Assembly (NCBI GenBank): GCA_964409025.1
Contig: CAYPBV010000002.1
Location: forward strand, 927-64,926
Reading direction: 5' to 3'
Length of the DNA: 64,000 nucleotides
DNA from: an uncultured Chitinophagaceae bacterium
GTDB lineage: Bacteria > Bacteroidota > Bacteroidia > Chitinophagales > Chitinophagaceae
In this document: positions 38,307-46,867 of the stretch, one piece after another
How the letters are laid out: each line of letters opens with the position of its first letter
Position numbering within the stretch: the stretch's first letter is position 1
Program-made: the position numbers and the translations under genes
The notes under the pieces: generated by a model
Told to the model about the DNA's origin: nothing
Seen by the model: only the letters and a program-made list of their open reading frames with translations
The model's database searches: none

Positions 38307-39692
38307 ATGAAAAAACCATTTGTTCTCATCTGCCTGATGCTTGCAGCATCGTTTTCCAGTGCACAAAATTTTGAAGGTACATGGCGGGGTGTAATGGTTC
38401 AGGACAGTCCTGTAACCCGTATAAATTTTGAAATGGTATTGGAAAAAAAAGAAGGTAAAATCATAGGTTATCTTTATCGCCTGTTTATTGTAGACGATTC
38501 ACTTATTTACAATACAGTAAAAGTAAATGCCCGGGTATCAGATAATGTACTCATTATTGAAGATGACGAATCAGTATCACGCAATTTTGAAGAACGGGCC
38601 AACAGAAAAATTAAAGCAGCCTATTTCTTTAAACTGAATACGGCAGCAAAAGAAACGGATTCATTAACAGGAGAATGGACCACAAGCCGTTTTAGAAACA
38701 AATACATGTCTATAAGCGGCAGGGTTGCTGTAAAAAAAGAACCAGATTATCAAACAACACAGTTATTTAAACGGCTGGAAGAAAAACAACTTCAAAATAG
38801 CATTGCCTTTGTACCAAAACTCAGTTCGCCCGATGTAGCAGTTAAAACATCTGGTATTAAACCAGCCCCTTCTGCCATTACAGTTGAAGATCAGAAAAAA
38901 ACAAATACAGGTTCAATAAAAGATACCGTACAAACAACTGTTGCAGTAAACCAACCTGAAATACAAATACAACAACCGGTTATTAAAAAGGAAAAGCCAA
39001 CAAACGAAACCCGTGTTGCAGAAATTTCGAGCAACAAACCAATAACAACACCCGCTCCATCAACAGAGCCGAAAAAAGATACTGTGCAAAATGCGATAGT
39101 TAAGAACCAATCAAAAACGCAGGCGCCGCCTCCGGTTACGCAGCCTTCAATTCAACAAAAACCTGTTACCCGGCCAAGCGTTAAAAACGATCCAAAACCT
39201 GTAGCAGTAACACCACCTGCGGTTATAACAACCACACCGGCCGAACAAACGCAGGCACAAATCATAAAAACAGATGCAGCGGTAATAAAAGAAACCGGCA
39301 ACAATCAAACAACAACAAAAGCACTGCCCCCGGTTATTAATAATCCGGTTATTACATCCAGAACTACTGAAATGCTTCAAACCCTGGAGATAGTTGAAGA
39401 TAGTGCCGTTCTTGCACTATATGATAACGGTGAAATAGACGGCGATATAGTAAGTGCATATATTAACAATGAAAAAATTATTGATAATGTATACCTCAAA
39501 GCAAGCGCCTATAAAAAAACGATCTACTTTAAGGAAGGGGAAACTGTACAGTTAACCCTGTTTGCCGAAAACCTGGGAAGTATTCCCCCTAATACAGGGC
39601 TGCTGATTATTACAAGCGGTGAAAAACGTTACCAGATATTCTTTTCTTCAACCCTCAATAAAAATTCAGCAATTTTATTAAAAAGAGAGTAA
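38307..39692 (+). CDS. Secreted two-domain protein with a long Pro/Thr/Lys linker
   Basis: Signal peptide, QNFEGTWRG, C-domain LYDNGEIDGD...FAENLGSIPPNTG. Paralog of 54674..55573. Confidence 0.8.
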   Translation: MKKPFVLICLMLAASFSSAQNFEGTWRGVMVQDSPVTRINFEMVLEKKEGKIIGYLYRLFIVDDSLIYNTVKVNARVSDNVLIIEDDESVSRNFEERANRKIKAAYFFKLNTAAKETDSLTGEWTTSRFRNKYMSISGRVAVKKEPDYQTTQLFKRLEEKQLQNSIAFVPKLSSPDVAVKTSGIKPAPSAITVEDQKKTNTGSIKDTVQTTVAVNQPEIQIQQPVIKKEKPTNETRVAEISSNKPITTPAPSTEPKKDTVQNAIVKNQSKTQAPPPVTQPSIQQKPVTRPSVKNDPKPVAVTPPAVITTTPAEQTQAQIIKTDAAVIKETGNNQTTTKALPPVINNPVITSRTTEMLQTLEIVEDSAVLALYDNGEIDGDIVSAYINNEKIIDNVYLKASAYKKTIYFKEGETVQLTLFAENLGSIPPNTGLLIITSGEKRYQIFFSSTLNKNSAILLKRE

Positions 39693-39746
39693 ACTTTTTT
39701 TCTTTGATCTTTGCAATGCAGGTACTACACCATCTGCACCAGAAAT

Positions 39747-40787
39747 ATGCAATCAGAACAGGTTTTTCTTACTCAGTATTCACATGGGGCCGGGTGCGGT
39801 TGTAAAATAGCGCCTGCAGTGCTTAAAGAAATTTTAAAAACAAATGAAGCCGTTCAGCATTTCCCTTCGCTGCTTGTGGGCAATGCAACCAATGATGATG
39901 CAGCAGTTTATGATTTGGGCAATGGAACATCGTTAATATCTACCACTGATTTTTTTACTCCTGTAGTTGATAATGCTTTTGATTTTGGAAGAATAGCAGC
40001 GGCCAATGCAATCAGTGATGTGTATGCTATGGGTGGCACACCCTTATTAGCTATTGCTATACTTGGCTGGCCGGTAGAAACATTGCCGGCAGCTTTGGCA
40101 CAGGAGGTGTTAAATGGTGCGAGGTCTATTTGTAAAGAGGCTAATATTCCTCTGGCAGGCGGACATAGTATTGACAGCAAAGAACCCTTTTTTGGATTGG
40201 CGGTGAATGGCCTGGTTCATAATACGCAACTCAAACAAAACAATACTGCCAAAGAAGGGGATCTGCTGCTGCTTACCAAACCCATTGGTGTTGGTATTTT
40301 ATCAACTGCACAAAAAAGAAAGGTGCTGGCAAAAGAACATAATGGTCTTGCTGTAAAATGGATGACGCAATTGAATAAAGTAGGAGCGGTGGTTTCAAAA
40401 CTTGAAGGCGTACATGCTATGACGGATGTTACGGGCTTTGGTTTACTGGGCCATTTAATAGAAATGGCAAAAGGCAGTGAGCTGTGTGTTGAGCTGCAAT
40501 ACAAGCACATTCCGGTATTAGATGAAGCAAAAACTTACCTGGCACAACGGATTGTTCCTGATGCTACTTACAGAAACTGGAACAGCTACAGTAATGACGT
40601 ATCCTTTGAAAACGGTGTAAATGTAATGGAAGCATTCAACCTCCTGCCCGACCCACAAACAAATGGCGGGTTATTAATAGCTGCAGCAAAAGAATCAGTA
40701 CAGGAAATACAAACCCTGATTAAAGACGCAGTTGTAATTGGTGAGTTTGTTGCTGGTGGCGAAAAAACAATTCGGGTATTAAACTAA
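39747..40787 (+). CDS. selD: Selenide, water dikinase (Cys form)
   Basis: [54 protein letters not shown]. Confidence 0.96.
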   Translation: MQSEQVFLTQYSHGAGCGCKIAPAVLKEILKTNEAVQHFPSLLVGNATNDDAAVYDLGNGTSLISTTDFFTPVVDNAFDFGRIAAANAISDVYAMGGTPLLAIAILGWPVETLPAALAQEVLNGARSICKEANIPLAGGHSIDSKEPFFGLAVNGLVHNTQLKQNNTAKEGDLLLLTKPIGVGILSTAQKRKVLAKEHNGLAVKWMTQLNKVGAVVSKLEGVHAMTDVTGFGLLGHLIEMAKGSELCVELQYKHIPVLDEAKTYLAQRIVPDATYRNWNSYSNDVSFENGVNVMEAFNLLPDPQTNGGLLIAAAKESVQEIQTLIKDAVVIGEFVAGGEKTIRVLN

Positions 40788-41009
40788 CGCATCAATGGCA
40801 GCAGCAAGTTGCCTGTCTTTTTCTGTAACAATATTCCCGGCATCATGTGTGCTGAGCCAGATCTCAACTTTGTTCCAAACATTAGTCCATAAAGGATGGT
40901 GGTTGGCTTTTTCTGCTTCTATAGCTACACGGGTCATAAAACCGAATGCTTCAGAAAAGGTATTAAACTCAAATTTTTTATAGAGTTGGTTGTTTGTTTC
41001 TGTCCACAT
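40779..41009 (-). CDS. phhB: Pterin-4-alpha-carbinolamine dehydratase
   Basis: [15 protein letters not shown]. Confidence 0.9.
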   Translation of the reverse strand: MWTETNNQLYKKFEFNTFSEAFGFMTRVAIEAEKANHHPLWTNVWNKVEIWLSTHDAGNIVTEKDRQLAAAIDALV

Positions 41010-41038
41010 ATTGTTTTTTTTATTAAAGAATTTGTGTC

Positions 41039-41407
41039 TTAACAAAATGAAATTCGCCTGCGCTTAAAATCAATGATTCTTGGACCATCAGAACAACCGC
41101 CAACTTCAGGAATATTACTGTCATCTTTATTCTCAGCAATAATCCATTTGCCGGATTTATGTTTAATTAAAATTCCTTTATCAATAATTTCACCCTTTTT
41201 ACCCGCTATACCTTTACTTCCATTATGAATTACCCAAATTGAATCATTCTTTATTTTAACGATACATGTTGCGCCCATTGATTTTCCGCTCCACTCATTA
41301 TACTCAACTTTAAACGTATAGACTCCCTCGCCAAAGGGTTTTTGTACAAACAAAACAGAACTGCTGAAAAGCAAAACGGGCAAGATTATGGCCTTTATGC
41401 TGTTCAT
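41039..41407 (-). CDS. Hypothetical exported protein
   Basis: Signal-like N-terminus; EVGGCSDGP. Confidence 0.6.
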   Translation of the reverse strand: MNSIKAIILPVLLFSSSVLFVQKPFGEGVYTFKVEYNEWSGKSMGATCIVKIKNDSIWVIHNGSKGIAGKKGEIIDKGILIKHKSGKWIIAENKDDSNIPEVGGCSDGPRIIDFKRRRISFC

Positions 41408-41411
41408 AATA

Positions 41412-41846
41412 TTATAAGATCAAATGCTTCTTGTTTTTAATTTTTTCATTGGTTAACTCCACTACCAATTGCACATGGTTGATGCTGAGCAATCCTTTCT
41501 GCAATTCTTTTGTTTCTTTGGTTGATAACGATTCGCCTTTGATTAACCACAGATAATCCAAATGCTTAAACTCCGGCAAAAGAAACTCGCCGTCAAAATA
41601 ATTTTTGTACAGATAATAAGTTATGGTACGAAGCGGCTCTGTAAATTCATACACTTTAAAAAAATAAGTACGGCTTTTTTTATTCAGCTGAATTTCCAAA
41701 TCATTGTTGATACGAAAATCAAAACCCAGGCTCTGGTTTACCTGCCACACAAAATGATGACTCTCCACAGGCGCCATGATGCCCAGCAGATGCGTATCTT
41801 CAAAAAACTCTTCAACCAGTAACTCGTTATCAACTTTGAGTTTCAT
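41412..41846 (-). CDS. IPExxxVDY-like family protein
   Basis: LLPEFKHLDY. Confidence 0.7.
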   Translation of the reverse strand: MKLKVDNELLVEEFFEDTHLLGIMAPVESHHFVWQVNQSLGFDFRINNDLEIQLNKKSRTYFFKVYEFTEPLRTITYYLYKNYFDGEFLLPEFKHLDYLWLIKGESLSTKETKELQKGLLSINHVQLVVELTNEKIKNKKHLIL

Positions 41847-41862
41847 GCTTCAGCAAATAAAT

Positions 41863-43506
41863 TTAGAAAACAATATCAAATACCAGTTCCTCTGCACCAC
41901 GCTTAACTTTTACTTTAGCAGCATCGCCTTTTTTGAATTTACTTAATGCCTGCATATAACTTTCAACCGAGCTGATGTTATAGTCTCCCAACTGAGTTAT
42001 AATATCGCCTGCTTTAATTCCGGCTTTTTGTGCGGCCCGTCCGTCACTTACACCATCTGCCTTTACACCTCCGCCACTGAACGTATAATCGGGCATAATA
42101 CCCATACTTACGGTAAACCGTGCCGATGTTGTGGTTTGCTGTTCTCTGGTTTTTGTAAATACTAATTTGTTTTGTGCCTCTGTTCTGGCTACAAGCCTTG
42201 CAATGTAGTTTACAATCTTCAGCTGCCCGTTGTAATTAATCTTATCAAAGTCATCACTTGGTTTATGGTAATCTGTGTGCAATCCTGTAAAGAAAAATAA
42301 TACAGGAATATCTTTCCGGTAAAACGATGTGTGATCGCTGGGTCCTGTACCGCTGCTGTCAATCTTAATACTGAAGGGCATTTTCTTTTCCCCGTTCAAT
42401 AAACTTCCCCATGATGGTGATGTGCCTACGCCACCAATTGTGATGGTTTTAGACGAATCACTAAACCTGCCCACCATATCCATATTAATCATAAAATTGA
42501 TGGTAGTTAATGAAACGGTGGGGTTATCAATATAATATTTAGAACCATACAAACCCAGCTCTTCACCACTGAATGCTATAAACAGATAATTACTTTTTTT
42601 GCTGCCGTTTGCTTTTAAAATACGGGCAAGTTCCAGTAATGCAGCAGTACCGCTGGCATTATCATCAGCACCATTATGAATTGCAGCAGTTCCTGTATAA
42701 CGGGAGTTATTATCTTCTCCATAACCCAAATGATCATAGTGTGCGCCCAGCACAATGGTAGTAGCGGCGTTGTTGTTGATAAAAGCCACTACATTATTTC
42801 CTTTTCGTATTTTATCACTCTGCACTGTTTTTAATTTTATATCCCATGTGTGTGCCGGATCTTTTTGCAGTTTCGTTACAATGGATTGATTAAGATAAAC
42901 AACAGGAATGGTTGATACTGCTGAGCGGTCTTTACTGTTATACTTTATATTATCTGCAAGTGTGCTGCTGTTGTAGAGCAATAAAGCAGTGGCTCCTTTG
43001 CTCAGGGCTGCTTTTTCTTTTTCACGTAAAGCATGGGAAATATCAAAATGCGGATTGTTTTGATTTTGTTCCAGCAATTCTTTCAAATCAAAAAACCAGG
43101 GCCCTCCATTTTCAGCGAGGCCCGGCGAAGCTATAGATTCAACAGAACCATTTGCACTCCATGCCAAGGGAAAAAAATCTTTCTCCACTTTAAAATGTTC
43201 GCCATCCATAATTAAAAGGGTTGAGGCTAAAACCTGCTTGCCCTCGTTTACTTCAAAAGCCTGTAAAAAACCATTGGTACCTTTGGGTTCAAGCCCGCAT
43301 TTTTCAAATTGCGAGATAATGTACTGATAGGCCAGCTCTTCTCCCTTGGTTCCTGTACGTCTGCCTTCAAGTTTATCATCAGCAAGATATTGAAGATGTG
43401 CCCGCAGGTTGGCAATGGTGAGCCTGTCTGCTTTACCGAGCTTTTGTGCAAAGCCGGCCAGTGTAAGTGATACTGCTAAAAAAAGAAATACAATTTGTTT
43501 CATCAT
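41863..43506 (-). CDS. M28-family peptidase with PA and PDZ domains
   Basis: GAHYDHLG, NGADDNASG, FSGEELG, NMDMVG, GPSDH, DYHKPSD, MGIMPDY. Confidence 0.92.
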   Translation of the reverse strand: MMKQIVFLFLAVSLTLAGFAQKLGKADRLTIANLRAHLQYLADDKLEGRRTGTKGEELAYQYIISQFEKCGLEPKGTNGFLQAFEVNEGKQVLASTLLIMDGEHFKVEKDFFPLAWSANGSVESIASPGLAENGGPWFFDLKELLEQNQNNPHFDISHALREKEKAALSKGATALLLYNSSTLADNIKYNSKDRSAVSTIPVVYLNQSIVTKLQKDPAHTWDIKLKTVQSDKIRKGNNVVAFINNNAATTIVLGAHYDHLGYGEDNNSRYTGTAAIHNGADDNASGTAALLELARILKANGSKKSNYLFIAFSGEELGLYGSKYYIDNPTVSLTTINFMINMDMVGRFSDSSKTITIGGVGTSPSWGSLLNGEKKMPFSIKIDSSGTGPSDHTSFYRKDIPVLFFFTGLHTDYHKPSDDFDKINYNGQLKIVNYIARLVARTEAQNKLVFTKTREQQTTTSARFTVSMGIMPDYTFSGGGVKADGVSDGRAAQKAGIKAGDIITQLGDYNISSVESYMQALSKFKKGDAAKVKVKRGAEELVFDIVF

Positions 43507-43677
43507 TTGCTTGATTATGGGAAGAACAAAGGTATTATGCTCCTGCATTGAAATGTTGTATAATTGTGATTTGACAAAATTTTGATTCAAAAATAATTCC
43601 ATAGTCCGGTTTGGCGATTTCTTATTTTCCTTCTTCGTAAATAGCAGAGCTTGCTTGCCGTTACCTTTGCACACTTC

Positions 43678-45795
43678 ATGAACAAAACCATTCAAATAGC
43701 ACTGGCGGGCAATCCTAATAGCGGAAAGTCTTCCCTTTTCAACTCCTTAACAGGGTTGAATCAAAAAGTGGGCAATTTTCCGGGAGTGACGGTTGACAAA
43801 CACGTAGGAACTGTGCTGCTTAATGGCACCGTTAAAGCAGAGCTTATTGATTTACCCGGCTCTTATAGCCTTTATCCACGAAGAAGTGATGAGTGGGTTT
43901 CATACAATGTACTTATGAATCAGGACAAAACCATTCATCCTGATGTGGTAGTAATTACAACTGATGCCAGCAATCTTAAACGCAATCTGCTGTTTGTAAC
44001 ACAACTCATCGATTTAAAAAAACCTGTTGTGGTGGCACTTACCATGATGGACATTGCCAAAAAGAAAGAAATTAAAATAGATGTACTGCAGCTGGAGCGT
44101 GAGCTGGGGGTGCCCGTGGTACCGGTAAATGCAAGGAAGGATAAAGGATTTGACTTACTAAAAAAACGTATTTACGAAACAGCTACGCAAACATGGAAAC
44201 CCCCTGCCTTTGATTTCATTGATAATAAAGAACTGGCGCCTGCTGCCATTACAACCGTTAAAGAATTAGTACCGGGCCTCAGTGATTATGCAGCGCTGCA
44301 TCACCTCATCAATCATGAAAACTTTTCTTTAACTGATACACAGCAGCAACAAATTGAAGCTGCCGAAGTAAACAATAAATTTCAGCCCACAGCGGTACAG
44401 GGTACGGAAATTGTGCAGCGTTACCAGCGCATTCGTCAGGTAATGTACAATGCGGTAATAGAAAAAACCCAAAGGCAAAAGCAATTATTTGCAGAGCAGT
44501 TAGATAAAATTCTGCTGCACAAAGTGTGGGGTTATGTGATTTTGCTTTCAGTTCTATTCTTTCTCTTTCAAAGCGTGTTTTGGGTAGCGCAATATCCCAT
44601 GGATATGATTGAAGCCGGTTTTGCAAAACTTCAGGGGTGGTTGGGAGCGATTTTGGCTGATGGCTGGTTGAGTGATTTGCTCATTAACGGTGTGGTAGCA
44701 GGCTTAAGCGGCATCTTGGTATTTGTACCACAAATCATGATTTTATTTGGATTGATAACGGTATTGGAAGAAACAGGTTATATGGCCCGCATCAGTTTTT
44801 TAACAGATAAACTCATGCGTAAAGCAGGATTAAACGGTAAAAGTGTAATGCCCATGATTAGTGCCTTTGCCTGTGCCGTACCCGCTATTATGAGTGTGCG
44901 TAATATTGAAAACCGGAAAGAACGTTTGCTTACGATATTGGTAACTCCGCTCATGAGTTGCAGTGCCAGGCTGCCTGTTTATACCATCTTAATTGCATTG
45001 GTTATTCCCAATACGTATTATCTGGGTTTTTTAAGCTTACAGGGATTGGTAATGATGGGTTTGTATTTGTTTGGAGTACTCATAGCATTAGCAGTTGCAT
45101 GGATTGCCAAAAGACTTGTAAAACTTAAAGACAAAAGTTTTTTCATTCTGGAGTTGCCCATTTACAGAAGTCCCCGCTGGCAGAATGTTTTATACACCAT
45201 GATTGAAAAAGCAAAAGTGTTTGTGTTTGATGCAGGTAAAATCATCATGGTTATTTCCTTACTGTTGTGGGTGCTGAGTTCTTTTGGCCCCAAAGATGTA
45301 ATGAAAGAAACAGCAGCTACATATGAAAAACGTATACAGCAACAACCCGGCAATGCATCAGCTCTGGAAAAAGAAAAGCAAACCATGCTCCTGCAAAATT
45401 CCTATGCCGGTATTATGGGTCGTGCCATTGAACCTGTTATTCAGCCGCTGGGTTATGATTGGAAAATTGGCATTGCATTGATTACATCCTTTGCAGCCAG
45501 AGAAGTGTTTGTGGGAACGATGGCTACTTTGTACTCAGTAGAAGGTGGTGAAGAAGATGAGCAAACACTTCGCAGTAAAATGAATGCAGCAGTTAAAGCA
45601 GATGGCACCAAAGTATATTCATTGGCTACAGGTGTAAGTCTGATGATTTTTTATTTGCTGGCCATGCAGTGTATGAGCACGCTTGCTGTTGTAAAACGGG
45701 AAACCCAAAGTTGGAAATGGCCGGTTATTCAACTGCTGTATATGACAGGTTTGGCATATCTGTTGAGTATGGCGGCGTATTGGTTGTTGAAATAA
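43678..45795 (+). CDS. feoB: Ferrous iron transport protein B
   Basis: GNPNSGKS, NFPGVT, DLPGSYSL, FACAVPA, MSCSARLPVY, AREVFVGT. TACCTTTG box at 43662-43669. Confidence 0.96.
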   Translation: MNKTIQIALAGNPNSGKSSLFNSLTGLNQKVGNFPGVTVDKHVGTVLLNGTVKAELIDLPGSYSLYPRRSDEWVSYNVLMNQDKTIHPDVVVITTDASNLKRNLLFVTQLIDLKKPVVVALTMMDIAKKKEIKIDVLQLERELGVPVVPVNARKDKGFDLLKKRIYETATQTWKPPAFDFIDNKELAPAAITTVKELVPGLSDYAALHHLINHENFSLTDTQQQQIEAAEVNNKFQPTAVQGTEIVQRYQRIRQVMYNAVIEKTQRQKQLFAEQLDKILLHKVWGYVILLSVLFFLFQSVFWVAQYPMDMIEAGFAKLQGWLGAILADGWLSDLLINGVVAGLSGILVFVPQIMILFGLITVLEETGYMARISFLTDKLMRKAGLNGKSVMPMISAFACAVPAIMSVRNIENRKERLLTILVTPLMSCSARLPVYTILIALVIPNTYYLGFLSLQGLVMMGLYLFGVLIALAVAWIAKRLVKLKDKSFFILELPIYRSPRWQNVLYTMIEKAKVFVFDAGKIIMVISLLLWVLSSFGPKDVMKETAATYEKRIQQQPGNASALEKEKQTMLLQNSYAGIMGRAIEPVIQPLGYDWKIGIALITSFAAREVFVGTMATLYSVEGGEEDEQTLRSKMNAAVKADGTKVYSLATGVSLMIFYLLAMQCMSTLAVVKRETQSWKWPVIQLLYMTGLAYLLSMAAYWLLK

Positions 45796-45796
45796 A

Positions 45797-45925
45797 TCAC
45801 AACATCGTTTTATCATACATCTTATTAAAATCAGCGCCGGGCACATTCATCCATTTATCAATAAGTTTATTTGCGAGCAAAACGAATGCAACAACGGAAC
45901 TGATGAGTGCTATTATCTTCCACAT
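45797..45925 (-). CDS. Putative 42-aa single-TM small protein
   Basis: MWKIIALISSVVAFVLLANKLIDKWMNVPGADFNKMYDKTML*. GAACTTTG -7-like box at 45953-45946. Confidence 0.5.
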   Translation of the reverse strand: MWKIIALISSVVAFVLLANKLIDKWMNVPGADFNKMYDKTML

Positions 45926-46289
45926 TGTATCACTATTTACAGATGCAAAGTTCACACATGTATACAATTCATGAATGACGGCTGTTTGAACTTTTTATGA
46001 ATTTTGTCGAATGCGGCATTAAAACGATGTCCCTGTATTTCGCCTTTCTCCACTAATCAGGAGCGTTACGGTGTGCGCCTTAACGGTAAAAAACAATACG
46101 GCTGCAGTGGCTGAAGGATAAAGACCCCGGCCGAAATCTTCACTTACAAGGTAAATAACCAAGAATTTCTTGCTGCGTTAAAAAAATTTTCCAGTTTTTT
46201 TAAAAAATATTTTTTTCTTCAAAGCATTGAAAAACAACTGTTTAATTCAAGCAACAGCTATCTTCTTCTGCCAACTACTAAAAAAAAGA

Positions 46290-46332
46290 TGGTACTATGT
46301 GTTGCATAGTACCAAATATTATCTTATGTTTG
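46290..46332 (+). promoter_or_regulatory. Promoter with overlapping palindromic operator (PadR autoregulation)
   Basis: TGGTACTATG-TGTTG-CATAGTACCA (46290-46314) covers the -33 TTG; TATGTTTG at 46325-46332 (20-nt spacer). Confidence 0.75.
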
Positions 46333-46444
46333 TGTTGTCAATGAATATAGTGGTGAAAATCGGTGCTTAGGTGAGCGCAACTGAAGAACCGAAGACCCTG
46401 ATAGCTACAGGGGCGCCACATCAAAAAAACAAAACTCAGAGGTT

Positions 46445-46843
46445 ATGAATATCGAGAACACACAAAGCCAGATGCGGAAGGGAGTACTGGAGTTTTGCAT
46501 TCTCTCCGTTATACAACGGGGTGAAGTGTACCCAAGTGACATCATCGAGGAAATGAAGAAAGCCAATCTTAACCTCCTTGAAGGAACCCTTTATCCGCTA
46601 TTAACACGATTGAAAAATGCCGACCTGCTCACTTACCGCTGGGTAGAGAGCAGCAGCGGACCACCCCGTAAATATTTTTCACTTACAGAAAAAGGGGCAG
46701 ACTTTTACAAGGAACTTCAGGCTACCTGGAATGAAATGGTAAACTCCGTAAATTCTGTAACACAGAAAAACGGAATCGCCAATCCTGTAGTAGAAGGCGA
46801 AACCATTACGGTACATCCGCAACAGGGCGAAACCCAGCTTTAA
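46445..46843 (+). CDS. PadR-family transcriptional regulator
   Basis: QMRKGVLE, EGTLYPLLTRL, WVESSSGPPRKYFSLT. Confidence 0.93.
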   Translation: MNIENTQSQMRKGVLEFCILSVIQRGEVYPSDIIEEMKKANLNLLEGTLYPLLTRLKNADLLTYRWVESSSGPPRKYFSLTEKGADFYKELQATWNEMVNSVNSVTQKNGIANPVVEGETITVHPQQGETQL

Positions 46844-46867
46844 CCACCACAATTAAATTGTAAGAAA

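Noticed and set aside
38880..39360. Possible tandem repeat or CRISPR-like array in the P/T/K-rich linker
   Set aside because: Only low-complexity coding sequence; no regularly spaced identical repeats. No CRISPR array or cas gene was seen in the window.
39747..39830. Selenocysteine recoding in selD
   Set aside because: Active site reads TGC GGT TGT (CGC); no in-frame TGA.
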